From Takakia lepidozioides (taxonomy: Eukaryota > Plantae > Bryophyta), in contig CM060732.1 in the NCBI GenBank assembly GCA_030704615.1, positions 65,596,001 through 65,660,000 of the forward strand: a stretch of DNA of 64,000 nt, written 5' to 3'. Below, one piece after another: positions 34,799 to 48,139 of the stretch. The notes under the pieces are model-generated. The model was not told the origin of the DNA and searched no databases. It saw nothing but the letters and a program-made list of their open reading frames with translations. The number at the start of each line of letters is the position of its first letter. Position 1 is the stretch's first letter. A program made the translations under genes and the position numbers.

Positions 34799-37700
34799 AT
34801 GGAGGAGCAAGAACCGAATTGGGGAGGGCGGACATGGCCTCCGTTAGCTCAGCTTGCTTTGCGCATGCGTGTCACCAAGGTCCTCTTCATTCCGATGTTT
34901 TAGACCACCGCACATTTTGGGATGGCTGGTGATTGATCATAGAGAATGAGTTTGGGATTTTTATTTGTCCTGGTAGAGTTATCAAGATGCCCTCCCTCGT
35001 GTGAAACGGACTTTCAGTTCACTGGGCATGTGGTGCGGCATTATTCGATCCGATGATTCAACTGGTTTTGATTAGTGTGGGGCACATGAATATGTTATTG
35101 ACTGATTAGAAGGTTTGCAGGGTTTAGGATTGAAGGAGTGTTGGGGAATGTCAATGAGGAGTACCCGTTCCCCAATTGGGTCCGTAGCAAACTCTGATTG
35201 AAATATGAAGAAGAATCTAATGGGAAGTTAATATACGCCTTGGATTCTCGGAGTCACATGGAACGATGGGTGCCAACCCTAGTCTAGAATTTGACTAGGC
35301 GTGGACAAAATTTGAAGGACCTATCTGTCTAAAGTTGGACAGCCTCCTGGCCTCCGAACGCCGCCTCGGTAAATGAAGAATATGAACAAAGGATTAAACC
35401 CCTTGGTTTTGAAAAGTACCAGGGGTGTTTGCAGCATTGCAATCTCGTTCTAGGAAGCAATGCCAATGTAGTCACCCTAGTTTGCTAATAGCAGAGTTAT
35501 TCCTTTGTAAAGATCTGCCCGGTGGACAATCTTGTGATGATCCACCGGGCTGGAAGGGCACACGTCGAAACTCTACTTGCTGGTTATTATCAGTGAAATA
35601 CATCCAGTGGAACACATACCATCTACCAAGCCCCAGCAAGTTAGAGAATGACATGAAGGAGTGACTAATGATAAGCAGGTAAGATGGTGGAAGGTATGTA
35701 CACAGGAGAGGAGTATACACTAAAAGAGGGTGAGGGTGGAAAACATCTCACAGCAGAAGTGGTGGTCACAGCGATATTGGGATTAGTTTTTTGCATTAGG
35801 GACTCCGCCCAAACCTGTCACATTTGTTTTAAGGTTCATACCCTTGGTAAAACTGTAACTGTTGTGCTACTTTACTTACTTTATGACATCCTAAGCTACA
35901 TCACTTGAGTGGATCCAAAACTTTGCTCACATGGTCTGGTTGTCTGATTTGGGATGTTTGCTTTGTTACACTGGAGATGGGCGCAGTATCGTCCAAATCG
36001 AGAAGAGATCCAAATGCTGATGAGGTGTAGGCACGAAACGGTGGTAGGCTGTGCAAAGTCTGCCTTCTTTGCCGGCATTGTTGGTTGGACTGGTTCGTCC
36101 CTTTACACAGTTTGTCTTTCAAGTTTGTAGTCAGGGGTTTGAAGCTCGAGAAACTCACTTGTTATCTAACTGAGAGGGCAGAGAAGAGTTATGAAAGTTT
36201 CTGTCATGGCAGGTGATCAAGTGGAGGGCCAGTTATCTTGGCCTTAACCTGGGATGTGTCTCAACCCTGAGTTCTTTGTGCCCTTGGTGTGGGTGTGTTG
36301 GTGAAACCCTCAATAACAGAGCGTCCGGCAAAGCAAATATAGTTTCACCCCGTCCATGTCCTGCTCTCTGACATCAAACTGACGCAGGCACTTCTTTTGA
36401 GTGGTGCAGTGACTGCCCGACTTAAATTTCTGGCTCGCGCTATTGTGACAGCAGGTAAACCCCGCGAGGGTCTTAAGGGTCTCTTTTCTATCTTTCGTTT
36501 GGAAAGGACTGCATTTGCGACTGTTGATGTGGCTGCCTTAATGCTCAACTGGGCAAGTTTGTTACCTTGAACCGCTGAGTCCTTAAGGGTGGTGTGTCAA
36601 CCCTACTTGTGTGTGAGTGTCTTTATCAGTGGTATTTGTAGAGCTCAGCTTAACATTGCAGCCTAGTGACAAGCAGACACCCTACAGCATGTTTTAACTA
36701 CCAGCACATTACTTCCCCATGTGGCTTGCATTCCTAACACTTTTACCTGGACAAGAATCACCCACCATAATTTGTTCTTAACTTGTACCAGTATGATGAC
36801 CCATTTTATCAGTTGACTCTATGAAGAGTTGTTGAACTGAAGTGCAGTGAGTAAGAGCTGTTTGGATGGCAGGTGTATCATTTGTGGGTGTGGAAATTGG
36901 ACGTCAGTTTGCAGAAACAAAATGCATGAAGTACTTCTTGTCCCTGCAAGGAAGTCCTTTACAGGGGGAGCTCATGGCCATGTATGATTCTTTTCTCCTT
37001 TGGTGAACTGATTGCTGTATGTCAAACCCATACATGTATACAACCATTGGAGGAACAAGACAAAGTAATGCAGGGTGAGGAAGCCACTAAGTGAGCAAAC
37101 CATCTCACCCTTCTGACCCCTATAGTTTGTAAGTTTGTCTTTTAATTTAGCTTTTTTTTTTATTTCTTCCTGTTGAGGTAATCTAGCTCGTTTGAGCACC
37201 AAGTATATTTAAACTTACTATGCTTAATTGTGGAAAATAATTTGGTTCCCTGGCGGTTTAGTTGCCTGCTTACCACTTCTTTCCAAAGTGGCATACGTAT
37301 ATTGGGAGTAGTGGTGTGTATAGCACACACATTTAGAACAGTGGTGGGGAAAAGAAAGTGAATGCGTTGCCGAAGCAAGCGTAATTTATGGTGTCAGTTG
37401 ACCCCGAAAGGCTGTTGCCTTGCGGTGGGAAGGTGGAAACCTTTATGACATCCAACATGTGTTTTGAACCCACAACAAACAGTTAGGTGGCTTGTGCCCT
37501 TACCACCGGGCTAAATGTTGGTTGTCTTAGTACGGCTATATATGCACATAACTGCTGGTTGAGTCTTCTTGAGTGTGTCAGTTGTCTCTGGCCAAGGGTT
37601 GCTGAAGCTACCTGTATTCGGGTTGGATCGCACCTATGTGCCTGGACTTCAAAATTACTCCAGCCTTTAAGAACTAATGATTCTGTCCTCCTACAACACT

Positions 37701-40700
37701 GCAAGAGTTGGTGGGATGGATATGCACGCATGAAACCTGGTGATTACTCTATGGAATGAAATCTTGGAGAGCTTAGATGGTGTATGCCTGATGTTGAGGA
37801 ACCCCTCCTTGAGCTTGTTATTCTTTTCTAGTTTGTCCAGAGGAGATCGAATTGATATGTCAGGGCTGGCAGCCTGCAGAGGGACTTCCCTGAACATCCT
37901 GTCCTGCGGCAAATATTGCAGTCTCAGAAGGAGGCAAACCAGCAAAGGATCTCTGATGCTGGAGAGGATATTCCGTTCCGCAGGTTACCGCTGCCTGGGC
38001 CAGGTATGGGCCTTCTAGTTACACATCTACCTAAAAAATAATTTTCAACTGTAATGCCTGTGTTTAATGGTGGACACAGTCCTACCTTGTCTAATAGTGC
38101 ATTTTTGGGGACCAACAGAATGTTCTCTTGTGACAGAAATGGGTGCAAGAGAGCTCTGGGTGAGGCTTGTGTAGTAGCATGTCAATCATATTTTCCTGTT
38201 GTATTCCCTTCAACGTTTTACAGTCTGGCACAGAAGTGCTTTTTGAAAGTAGTGCAACTTGACTGGTTTGTATTTTACAATGATGTATTGACGTAAGACA
38301 AGCCTGTAAACAAGGATGAACCTGTCAGAACCTGTTGTGTTACGATTTCTCCCTTGACTGTTTTGGCAATATCATGGGTAAATTTTCCCATTACATCCGG
38401 AACTGTAACACAAATTGTATAAACATGGTCAACATGCCCATATTAATGAGGACTTTATACCATAAGTCACATCCACAGTCTGGAACTGATGGAGTGAGTG
38501 GTGATTCGTATCTAGCTAGTCACTGCTATGCATGATGAGTGGCCGTCATAAGGGTTAAGACTGTGCTCTTTTATTTGACTCTTTTGTCAAATGTTAAGGC
38601 TGGATATGTGTCAGATCTCTCTCTCTCTCCCTGCAACCTGGCTGTTGACCTTTGCGTGCGGTCAAGTGCCTCTATGAGCACCTTGATGGCAGTGGCGGGA
38701 AAATAAGTTTATATCTGCAGCTGAGGTAAGGGGATAAGCTAAACCCAAATCCATGGATGGATTTGAAGAGGGCGTCTCTCTGGTGAGAGTAGCCAGGTCA
38801 AAGAATTAGAAAGTGAATATTGTCTTCAGGTTGCCCACACAACGGGCATTGCAATCCCCCTTTCCTCTCTGCATCTGTTTGCTGTTCAAAGGTAGGCGTC
38901 CTGCCTGGGGTATAAATTTTAGTCTGATGAGAGTGGGTAAACCTTTGAGGTCATCCATGATGGCCTACCCCATGTCACGGAATGGTAACAAGTTCAGGAA
39001 AGTTCTCTGCCTACCTTCATTTTCATCGGACAATTTCCTGGCAACAGACATGGCTGGACACTTCAGCCTCTAAATCAGATTATCCAGCAGGGTCAAGACT
39101 TGCGGACTTAACATTCATATCCTTGAAAATCTCTTCTACCCTCTTCCGCCAGGACTTAGCCTATTTGACAGGGTGATCCTGCTTCCAAGATATAGAATGT
39201 ATTCATTCATAAGACGTTGTTTGCTTCCAAGATATAGGGTCAATAAACTTAGGATATCTGATATTAGTTGTACGTTGCAGCTAAACCACCATCTGACCTT
39301 GAATTCATCTCGTCGGGAGCTTAAGGGAGGGATGCCAAACTCACCCCGAACAGCCACATTAGCTGTTTTGGAGCCTGCTGACATGCACTCCTTGAGCACC
39401 CCAGTTGAATGGATTCTAGAGACTTCGCCTGTTTGGAGTTATCAACCCACACTGGAGATGCATACTCCAAGGCAGGCCTAATAACACGGCAAAGCACGGT
39501 TTTTTGTACTTCAGAGTTGATCCCTCTGCAGTGGAAAATTTTAGTGAGACACAACGCTTTGGGCTTGCCAGATGGAACAACTTTTTGAAATATGTGCATC
39601 CCAATTACAGTTGGAGGTGAACTCAACACCAAGGTATGTGTAGGGAGGACAGGAATCTCTTGGCTTCCCACTGCCACTTGAGATCGCCTCCTCCCTCCCC
39701 TCGGTCGTTGAATGCCGCCATTGCACATTTACTGATGTTAGCCTCTAGCCCCTGAAGGTCAAAGTATCGCTTTGCGCAATCAATCAACTCCGAAGATGGA
39801 TGGAGTCTCCCCTATGCCTGCGAAGTCATCCGCAAACATAAGGGCTGGTACCTCTGTTTACCAACTTTGAAAAGCTTGAGGCTGAGCAAAAGCCCAGGCC
39901 CTTTTGGCGCCTAGTCATTGGGCAAATCACACACAGCAGATTGATGCTTGTATAAAGGATTTCTAGTGGATATATGGAAAACTTGGATCAATTGTCTGTT
40001 CCAAGGCAAGTCATACTACCGGTGTCAGCCCCTGACAAAGGTAGTTTCTGTCCCTTTGTGTTCCGCTCAAACTGGGAGCGGGGTCAATGGCCACAAGGCT
40101 ACGGCAAACGTCTTATAAGTACATTCTAATTATCTATGGCCACAAGGCTATGGCTTCGTCTGTGGTCTTCTGGGGTCAGGGGAAAGATGTGGAGGATAGT
40201 TCACACAACCTATATGAAACACCAAAAGTTGTGGTATGGTCAGTGGCCAGAAGTCTAATTTCCAACTGTTTATACCAAGGTAAGTCCCACTACGGGCTTG
40301 AGCCCCTCACAAATTTCTGTTCCCTCTTGTTCCAAACTGGGCACTTGGTCTATGGCCACAAGGCTATGGTAAACAACGTCTCATGCGCACATTCTCTAAT
40401 ACGCTTATTCACCGTTATGACAGCAGATGGGAGACTTCATGGAGACATAAGTGGTGGTGCCACTATACAAGATGAATGGGAAGCCACCATAGAGGCAAAA
40501 CGAGATAGACAACCATCTGACCCTTGGGAGGAGCTAGGGCACTTGCTGAAGGGAGACAAGGCTTCTGGCCAGCAGGGGAATGCACGGCGGGCAGCCAGAG
40601 GACCTGTTGGAGATAGCCGCTGGGATGTCTCCGAAGGGAAGGATAAAAATGAGGTGTGACTTGCAATGTGGTTTTCTTGCTGGGATGGTATTTTGGTATC

Positions 40701-41480
40701 AACTTGTTTGGGATTAAAATTGATTAGGGTTGTATCCGTCTGCTCATTGTGTTGTAGAACCTCTCTAGGAGCAACTGCCGATTTAGCTCTGCATGGCATA
40801 TACAGGTAATTTGATAGTGCAGGGAACTTTGTGAACGTAAGCTTAAGAGTCCATTTTCCAGACCATCAAGTCATTCATGTTGTGTGACCACGGTGTGATG
40901 AGGTATGGAGAGGTGCAGAGAGGCATGTGTGGCATTTAGATATATGACTGAGAGGTTTGTCTATTGCTCTCTTTTCAGAGCCATGAGGACACAGACATGC
41001 TAGTGAACCCCTTCGATTTGAGTGTCTGGAGTCAAGACGCACAAGACAACACAGATGGGGGTCCTGAAAGGGCAGAGGTGGGAGGGAAGGAGAGACGGCG
41101 TAGCCGGATGACTGCAAAGGAGAGACATGAACACAACAGAAGGCAGTACGTGCAACGAGAAGACCAACAGCAGCAAGGAGATTGATTTGCTGAAGGAAAC
41201 TAGGCCTGGTTGGTAAGCCTTTGTAAATATCTGAGGAAACTCTGTTTATTAATAGTTGCTAGGTGGGATTCCACCAGCCCTTCATGGAAAGTAATGTTGT
41301 AACATGGAATCACCCAGTCAGGTATGGCCTTGGGTTCACAGTTGGCTCCATTAGGTGTTTGTCCCTCTTTCTTGCTACCAAAAGCCTACAAAGTGCTCTT
41401 GCGTTTGGTTTCCAGCCACAGAAGAAATTACGACGCAGATGCACAAGGATCTGCCAGCAACTGCAATGAGCCCACAAGTT
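34799..41480 (+). CDS. Putative multi-exon host gene of unknown function (structure incomplete)
   Basis: Telo-box AAACCCTAA at 34681; ATG exon 34799-34879 (MEEQEPNWGGRTWPPLAQLALRMRVTK|GT); further AG/GT-bounded open segments at ~40424-40653 and from ~40979 (SHEDTDMLVNPFDLS...RRRSRMTAKERHEHNRRQ). No recognisable domain. Confidence 0.35.
38640..39856 (-). mobile_element. 5'-truncated LINE (non-LTR retrotransposon) RT and 3' region, degenerate
   Basis: EVPALMFADDFAG (~39856-39815), YTYLGVEF, RPALEYASPVW, AVRGEFGIPPLSSRRD, and CPLCGQPEDNIHF zinc knuckle near 38850. Confidence 0.85.
39849..40395 (+). mobile_element. Two short 3'-end fragments of the same LINE family
   Basis: 39849-40130 and ~40255-40395 match 41741-42027 (ggatcaattgtctgttccaagg...ggccacaaggcta). 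Confidence 0.8.
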
Positions 41481-41554
41481 ATGTACATTTGAAGATCCTG
41501 ACTAACTCCCTCTCTCTCCCTTCCTCTCCTCAAGGGTCTACCCACTCATGGCAC

Positions 41555-42027
41555 TAGACTGAAATTTAAACTCAGGGTGGGAAGCCTACCTTTGAACAGC
41601 AAACAGAAGCAGAGGGGAAAGGGAGAGTGCAATTGCCTGTTGTGTGGACAACCTGAACACAATATTTATTTTCTGATTCATTGTCCGGGGTTCTCTCACC
41701 AGAGAGACGCTCTCTTCAAATCTATCAAGGAAATTGTTCCTGTACCTCTGTTTACCAACTTTGAAAGTCTCGAGGCTGAGCCAAAAGCCCAGGCCCTTTT
41801 TGGGCCTAGTTATTGGGCAAACCACACACAACAGATTGATGCTTGTGTAAAGAGATTTCTAGAGGATATCTGGAGAACTTGGATCAATTGTCTGTTCCAA
41901 GGTAAGTCTTACTACCGACTGTCAGCCCCTGACAAAGGTGTTTCTGTCCCTTTGTATTCCGCTCAAAGTGGGCGTGGGGTCAGTGGCCGCAAGGCTACGG
42001 CAAACAACATCTTATGAGGACATTCTC
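41555..42027 (+). mobile_element. LINE 3'-end fragment with Cys/His knuckle
   Basis: CNCLLCGQPEHNIYFLIHCPGFSHQRD...FLEDIWRTW; its 3' end gcaaacaacatcttatgag is shared with 43280-43368 (-). Confidence 0.8.
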
Positions 42028-43279
42028 TCCCTTCCTCTCCTGTGAGGAGCAAAGGTTGAGATCTTGCAGGAGGATTTAAGGGTGCTGAGCTGCAGGACCA
42101 AAAGTATACACGGAGAAATTTCCCAAATCTAAAGAGTGATGAGAACAGACTTTACTAGCTTGAGGTTTACACGTTCTTCTGCAATTAGCACTACCCGGTT
42201 GTTTAGCAATGAAATCGAAAGTTGATGAGGATGACTTTTCTTAGGGCATTCTATACTGGTATGAAACAAATGAGGAGCTGGAGGGGCCTGTTGGGTATTT
42301 AGTGCTTTAGCATGGTAACGACAAAAGATGGACCACGAATTGAGTGATTAGTGACAAAGACCTGGACAAGGCTCCCTTGAAACTGCATTCCTTGTAGATG
42401 CTGCTCACACCATGGACAACAGCCAGTAACCACACATACCTTTGTACTAATAATTTGGTAACAGTGGTCCATCATTTTGATGTACATGTAGGTCTAGGCA
42501 ATACTGTTGGCACTCACCTGGTTGTAGTGTTTTTGGGAATGGAGTGTTGATCACATCAGTAACATGCACACACCATGGCTGAGGGTGAGGAGCAGTGTTG
42601 GGCAGGTATATATTTCACCCGGGTTTACCAGGCGGGTATCAATCATAATATCTATAACCATTTGTTGTCTAGGTTTTGCAGGGTGCTCTTTTCTGAGCTC
42701 TCGCAAGGTGTTGTCAACAGATCATTTGGTGAACTATCGGATTCAGGACCTGCTATTTGCTGTGTGTTGAGTGTCAGTTTTGGTTAAGGAACAAGGAGTA
42801 ATTTGTCTGGTAACTCCTCATACAGATTCACAGCCCTTGTGCAGCTTAATTTTCATGTCAGTTATGTCCATGGAAATCAACAGTCTTGCTACCTCACATT
42901 ATTGAGATGCTTGCGAATTGATGGAATTTGACGTTTTTGGTTCTCTTTGTTTATCTTTCCCAACACTATACACAGTTTTACTCCAGCTGCAGGAGGAGGT
43001 GTATGGCTGGACAAGGTTGCAGATTGTTTCGTTCAGGCACTTGCATGTCTGCTTGCAAATTTCAACGTGCCTGTGCACGCAGCTTCTTATGTTTTGATGT
43101 GCTCTTGAGGTTGGATAAGAACATTACGGTGTTCCCAAAGGAAAAAAGATTGACACCTGATTGATATATTTAGTGTACATAACCGCCCAGCACCCTCAAA
43201 CACCTAACCTCCCAACACCACCATCTCCAACATGCACACCACGAACCTTCTGATTTCAGCCCCTGGAATGTGTGAGAAT

Positions 43280-43368
43280 GTACTCATAAGATGTTGTTTG
43301 TCGTAGCCTTGTGGCCATTGACCCAGCGCCCAGTTTGAACGGAACACAAAGGGGCAGAAACTACCTTT
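43280..43368 (-). mobile_element. LINE 3'-end fragment running into the gap
   Basis: Reverse complement matches ~41935-42027. Confidence 0.75.
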
Positions 43369-43868
43369 NNNNNNNNNNNNNNNNNNNNNNNNNNNNNNNN
43401 NNNNNNNNNNNNNNNNNNNNNNNNNNNNNNNNNNNNNNNNNNNNNNNNNNNNNNNNNNNNNNNNNNNNNNNNNNNNNNNNNNNNNNNNNNNNNNNNNNNN
43501 NNNNNNNNNNNNNNNNNNNNNNNNNNNNNNNNNNNNNNNNNNNNNNNNNNNNNNNNNNNNNNNNNNNNNNNNNNNNNNNNNNNNNNNNNNNNNNNNNNNN
43601 NNNNNNNNNNNNNNNNNNNNNNNNNNNNNNNNNNNNNNNNNNNNNNNNNNNNNNNNNNNNNNNNNNNNNNNNNNNNNNNNNNNNNNNNNNNNNNNNNNNN
43701 NNNNNNNNNNNNNNNNNNNNNNNNNNNNNNNNNNNNNNNNNNNNNNNNNNNNNNNNNNNNNNNNNNNNNNNNNNNNNNNNNNNNNNNNNNNNNNNNNNNN
43801 NNNNNNNNNNNNNNNNNNNNNNNNNNNNNNNNNNNNNNNNNNNNNNNNNNNNNNNNNNNNNNNNNNNN
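43369..43868. other. Assembly gap (500 N)
   Basis: Run of N. Confidence 1.
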
Positions 43869-46800
43869 GTGCAAAAATTAAGGGTACCCTACAGATCCCG
43901 TATAAGTGTCTAAGTCCCCTACCGTCCTCTAACAATCACTCTCTGAAAGGTCGCTGGTGCATTACAGAGTCCAAAAAGGGCATGACTTTGTATGCATAAG
44001 CCCCCCAATCTGTGATGAAAAGCTGTTTTCTTGGTCTTCTTCGGCCACTTGCACTTGATTATAACCACTGAAGCCATCCATGAATGAGTACATCTCATGG
44101 CCTGCCACAGTGTCTAATATGCTTCTTGTGAATGGCAAGGGAAAGGATCTTTCTTCGTACAAGCATTTAGCTTCTTATAGTTCACACATACTCTTAGTTT
44201 GCCCATTCTTTTGGGAACTATAACAATGGGTGACAACCAAGTTGTATACTCTATTGGTATATAAACTTAGCCTCAACCAACTTCTTTATCTCTTCTCCAA
44301 CTTCTGTGCGTTAGTTGGGATTCATTCTATACTCGCCTGCCTTGATTGTTACTGACCCTGGTTCCAGTTCAATCTTATGCTGACAGACTTCAGGTGGTAT
44401 CCCTTTTAGATCCTCATAGCTCCAAGCAAATACATCTCTGTATTTTGATGAACAAGCTTTTAGCTTCTTCGAAGAATTCCGGCTCAAATCAGCTCCACTT
44501 TCACCATCCTCGGTTCCTCTTTAGTTCCCACATTTACTTCCCTCACCTGCTCATCAGCTGTGATTGTCCAACCAGTCACCACTTCATCCTGTAAGCTCAC
44601 AGTGGCTGCTTCTTCTAGGATTTCTATTCTCCTTCTCTTTCTCATAGAAAGTGATGGGTAAATGCTGGTTTCCTCTTCAGTTCGGGTTTCTGTCACTACA
44701 CCACAGCAGATATCTCTCAAACAACTTAGGCTTTCCAGCCGCATCTCTGCAACCTGCTCCCACTCTGGGGTGTGCAGCAAATACGGGTAGCTTCCTGCTC
44801 CTCATCCAGTCCTCCTTTCCAAGTCATACTCTCTGACTCCTCGAGGTCTTCTTGTAGCAGGTAATCTACTAGATTTCTTTGTGTTAATTTGTATCTCGTG
44901 TTTATCCCATTATGCACGGTTAGTAACTGAGAATTCCAGTCATGGAATACCCTGGCCTGTTTCAGCCACGGACGTCCCAATAATAAGGAGTAAGCCTCCA
45001 TGACTTCATCCATTTTTAATACAGTTACTGTGATCATAAAGATCATTTTCTGTATCTGTATCTTAACTCCTCTTATTAATCCCAATGGCTGTACACTTCT
45101 TTGATCTGCCATTGTTACTGTAAATGGAGCTGGTTTCATGATAGTCAGACCAAGCTTCTTCCTTAATTGGTCTGTCATGATGTTTACTCCAGAACCACCA
45201 TCTATCAGTACATCAGTTAGTTCTGTGCTTCCAATTCTCAATTGGATTACTGGCATAGAATCATCAAAGTCCATGACTGTTTCTCGCCCTTCCGGCTTCA
45301 CATTATAAATGGTCACCTGCTGTTCAGGTCTGTGTTTCCTGTTCTCTTGGGCAATTCGATTGATTGCCTGATACAGCCTGTGCCTACAATAAGTGCCACA
45401 GCTAATAGCTGTCCAATGGTAATTTCTGCTTTGGTCTGACATATTACTTCAGCCAAGTCTCTTCATTACTTTGCATGTCTGCATCCTCTTTCTTTCTTTC
45501 TTCCTCACTCCCTTCATTTTCTCCATCCGAATCAGAGGAATCTGCCACAGGAATATCCGTACTCTTTTTGCATTTCCCTTATAGTATCTGGCCACTTCCT
45601 TGTGCAGTTCCTTCTCATCTTTCCAAGTCTCTTCATCTTCACAGGCATAATCATTGCCACTTCCATTATCATCTTCCTTCCTCTTCTACTGGAGGTATTA
45701 GTTGGCTTTACTTCTGTGACTATCAATCATTTGACTTACTTCTGGTACAACACAGGCCTAACCATGTGACTGTCCACCACTGGGCCCTCATTCACAGGAG
45801 CTCTCATCTCATTCTGGTGGTCTTATCCAGAATGAACAGGCTGCCTTGCGATGTCCTGGCTGATTACAATAGTAACATAGCTCTTCACCATTGGGTCCCC
45901 GTCCCCTTGGCCTGTTCTTGGCTTATTTCTATAATCCTGATTCCTCGGGCTGGTAATTCCCCCTTGGATTACCCTGATAGTTTCCTCTGGAATTTCCTTG
46001 GTAATTCCCTCTTCAATTACCTCTCCCTTCCATGCCATTGTTATCACCACCATAGACCTACCATAGTGGTCCTATCATTTTTTTTTTCTCTTGGCTGGGC
46101 TGCACCTGATGCACCTTACTTGCCTATTGCTCTTTCAGCGTCCCTTCTGTTGTAGTAACAATTCTCAGAAATGGTTATTCATTTTACAGATAGTACAGTG
46201 TTTCTTCGCCTCATGTGGCAGTCTGTGGTGGTATGGCCTTCATTCTGGCAACTTTGCACACCATACTCCCTTCCTCCAATGTGTTGCAGCCTCTGTGGCA
46301 TACTTCTTTAAGATTTCTTCCATTTTTTTTTTCATTAGTTATCCCTCTTCAACTTCTCCTTTCTCTGTTACTCTTTTCTTTTAGTTCTTGCTCTTCTTCT
46401 TAATCTGACTCATCATCAGAGTCCTCATCTTCTTGTTTCTCGCTCCCTGAGCATTCCCAATTGCTCAATTCCGTTCGCAGTTTTCAAATGCCTCCTCCAC
46501 TGTATTATGGGGTAACATATCCACTTTTCTTTTGCAACTCCTGGTTTAGTCCACTCACAAACCAAGTCTTCTGTAAACCGGGCGCTGGTACTGCAGCCAG
46601 CTTTTTCAAAATCAGCAATTCCATCTTCTCCATATACTCTCAACAGTTTCAATGCTTCTTTCTGCTTCCAGCTGTTGTAAACTCCCTACACTTCATCTCA
46701 TTTTTACTTGTCCTGAACCGATTTCGAAATGCTGTATTCAAGCCATTCCAAGGTTAGGAAATGATTATCAGGGAATCTTGCATACCATTCCTTGCTTGTC

Positions 46801-48131
46801 TTGATAAGTGAACAAGAAAGCATTCTCAATCTCATCTTGGCATCATCGCCATTCTCATTGTTCATTATACAACATGTGCTCAAATTGGCTAATGTGTACA
46901 TCGGGATCCCCTTTTCCTGAATAATATTGGAAAGGTTGGTTTTGCCCGTGTTGGTTGTAACGCCATCTGGTGGCCCTACCTTCTGCCCACTTACAGGTGC
47001 TGGCACCCTTGCTGGTGCTGGTCCTTTGGACCTGTTGTTTTTGTGGTGGATCTTCCACCAAGTGGTGGCCCTTGAGCACTCTCCCTGCTTCTTTCTGGCC
47101 CCACGATATTCACAGTATTCCAAGCTTCAGTTGCAACTACGTCCCACACTCCCTGTCCCCCCAGAGCCAGATCCAGGCAGCCCCGCCTGATCCCCCTGAG
47201 CCGACGCCTTCGTTGGCCGTGATCCAAGTTCTCGCTTGATCCAGGTCCAACGGGTTGGGATGTCCTGGTTGTAGTCTCAACCTCAGCTGTTGGGTCTACT
47301 CTTCATATTCTTCCTCTTCCAATTTCTTCTCTCTGGTTTCAGCATCCTCCAAGTTCTGCCCTTGGGTTTTCTTCTTCACGCATGTAACTCAACTGTAATG
47401 GTGTTGGAGAGTCCTGAACTCCTCCGTTGGCTCTGCCACATCCTCTTCTCCTTCTTCACCTTCTGCTTCAGAAACTGGAGTTTTTCCTGCATTTTGGTGT
47501 CCATGCCAACTCTTACACCAAAGATTTCTGTCAATCTTTTATCAAGGATGACCAAGAAGTCCTCCTCCGAATGATATCCCTCCCTCAATTCCCCGTTTCT
47601 CCCTTTATTTATCTTCCAATCCGTGGTTCTAACCGTTTCCCCTCTTAAACCGTCGTCTGTGAACTAACATGTTCCCTTCGCAGGTGTTGTGTCCCCACAG
47701 TCGTTCCCTGTCCTACTCGTTCGGTCCCTATGATCGTGACATCTGTGTCAAGCTGTGACTGGCTTTGTGAAACTGTGACGGGCTGTGACTGGCTGTGCGA
47801 CTGTTTTTGGCTGTGGTCGGGCTGTGACTGGCTGTGTGGGCTGTGCCTGGCTGTGTCGGCTGTTACGATTGTGACTGGCTGTGTTGGCTGTGTGTCGGCT
47901 TGTCTGCTGTGACGACTGTGACGGCTGTTGTTGGCTGTGTTGGCTGGGCGACTGTGACGGGCTGGTGTTTGCTGTGTCGTCTGTGACGACCTGTGACGGG
48001 CTGTGTTAACCCCCCTCTACAGTGCGCTGCTGTCCACCCCTAAGGCTCCTGTTGGTCTCAGTCTGTGCAAAAATTAAGGGTACCCCCACAGATCCCGTAT
48101 AAGTGTCTAAGTCCCCGACAGTCCTCTAACA
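43869..48131 (-). mobile_element. Internally deleted non-chromovirus (Athila/Tat-like) Gypsy element: gag, protease and N-terminal RT only
   Basis: Direct repeat gtgcaaaaattaagggtacc...gtcctctaaca at 43869-43934 and 48065-48131; TGTTA...TAACA ends at 48004-48131; gag SCSLIKTSKEWY; protease VLIDGGSGVNIM...LLLGRPWL; RT FPLPF...SFMDGFSGYNQV stopping just before a PPT-like tract; (GGCTGTG)-type repeat at 47740-48003. Confidence 0.85.
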
Positions 48132-48139
48132 ATCCTTCT

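Noticed and set aside
37160-38300. Possible Penelope-like retroelement remnant on the - strand
   Set aside because: Only a vague resemblance (QYLPQDRMFREVP); no RT or GIY-YIG motifs recovered.
43204-43935. Long ORFs across 43.2-43.9 kb
   Set aside because: Artefacts of the 500-N gap.
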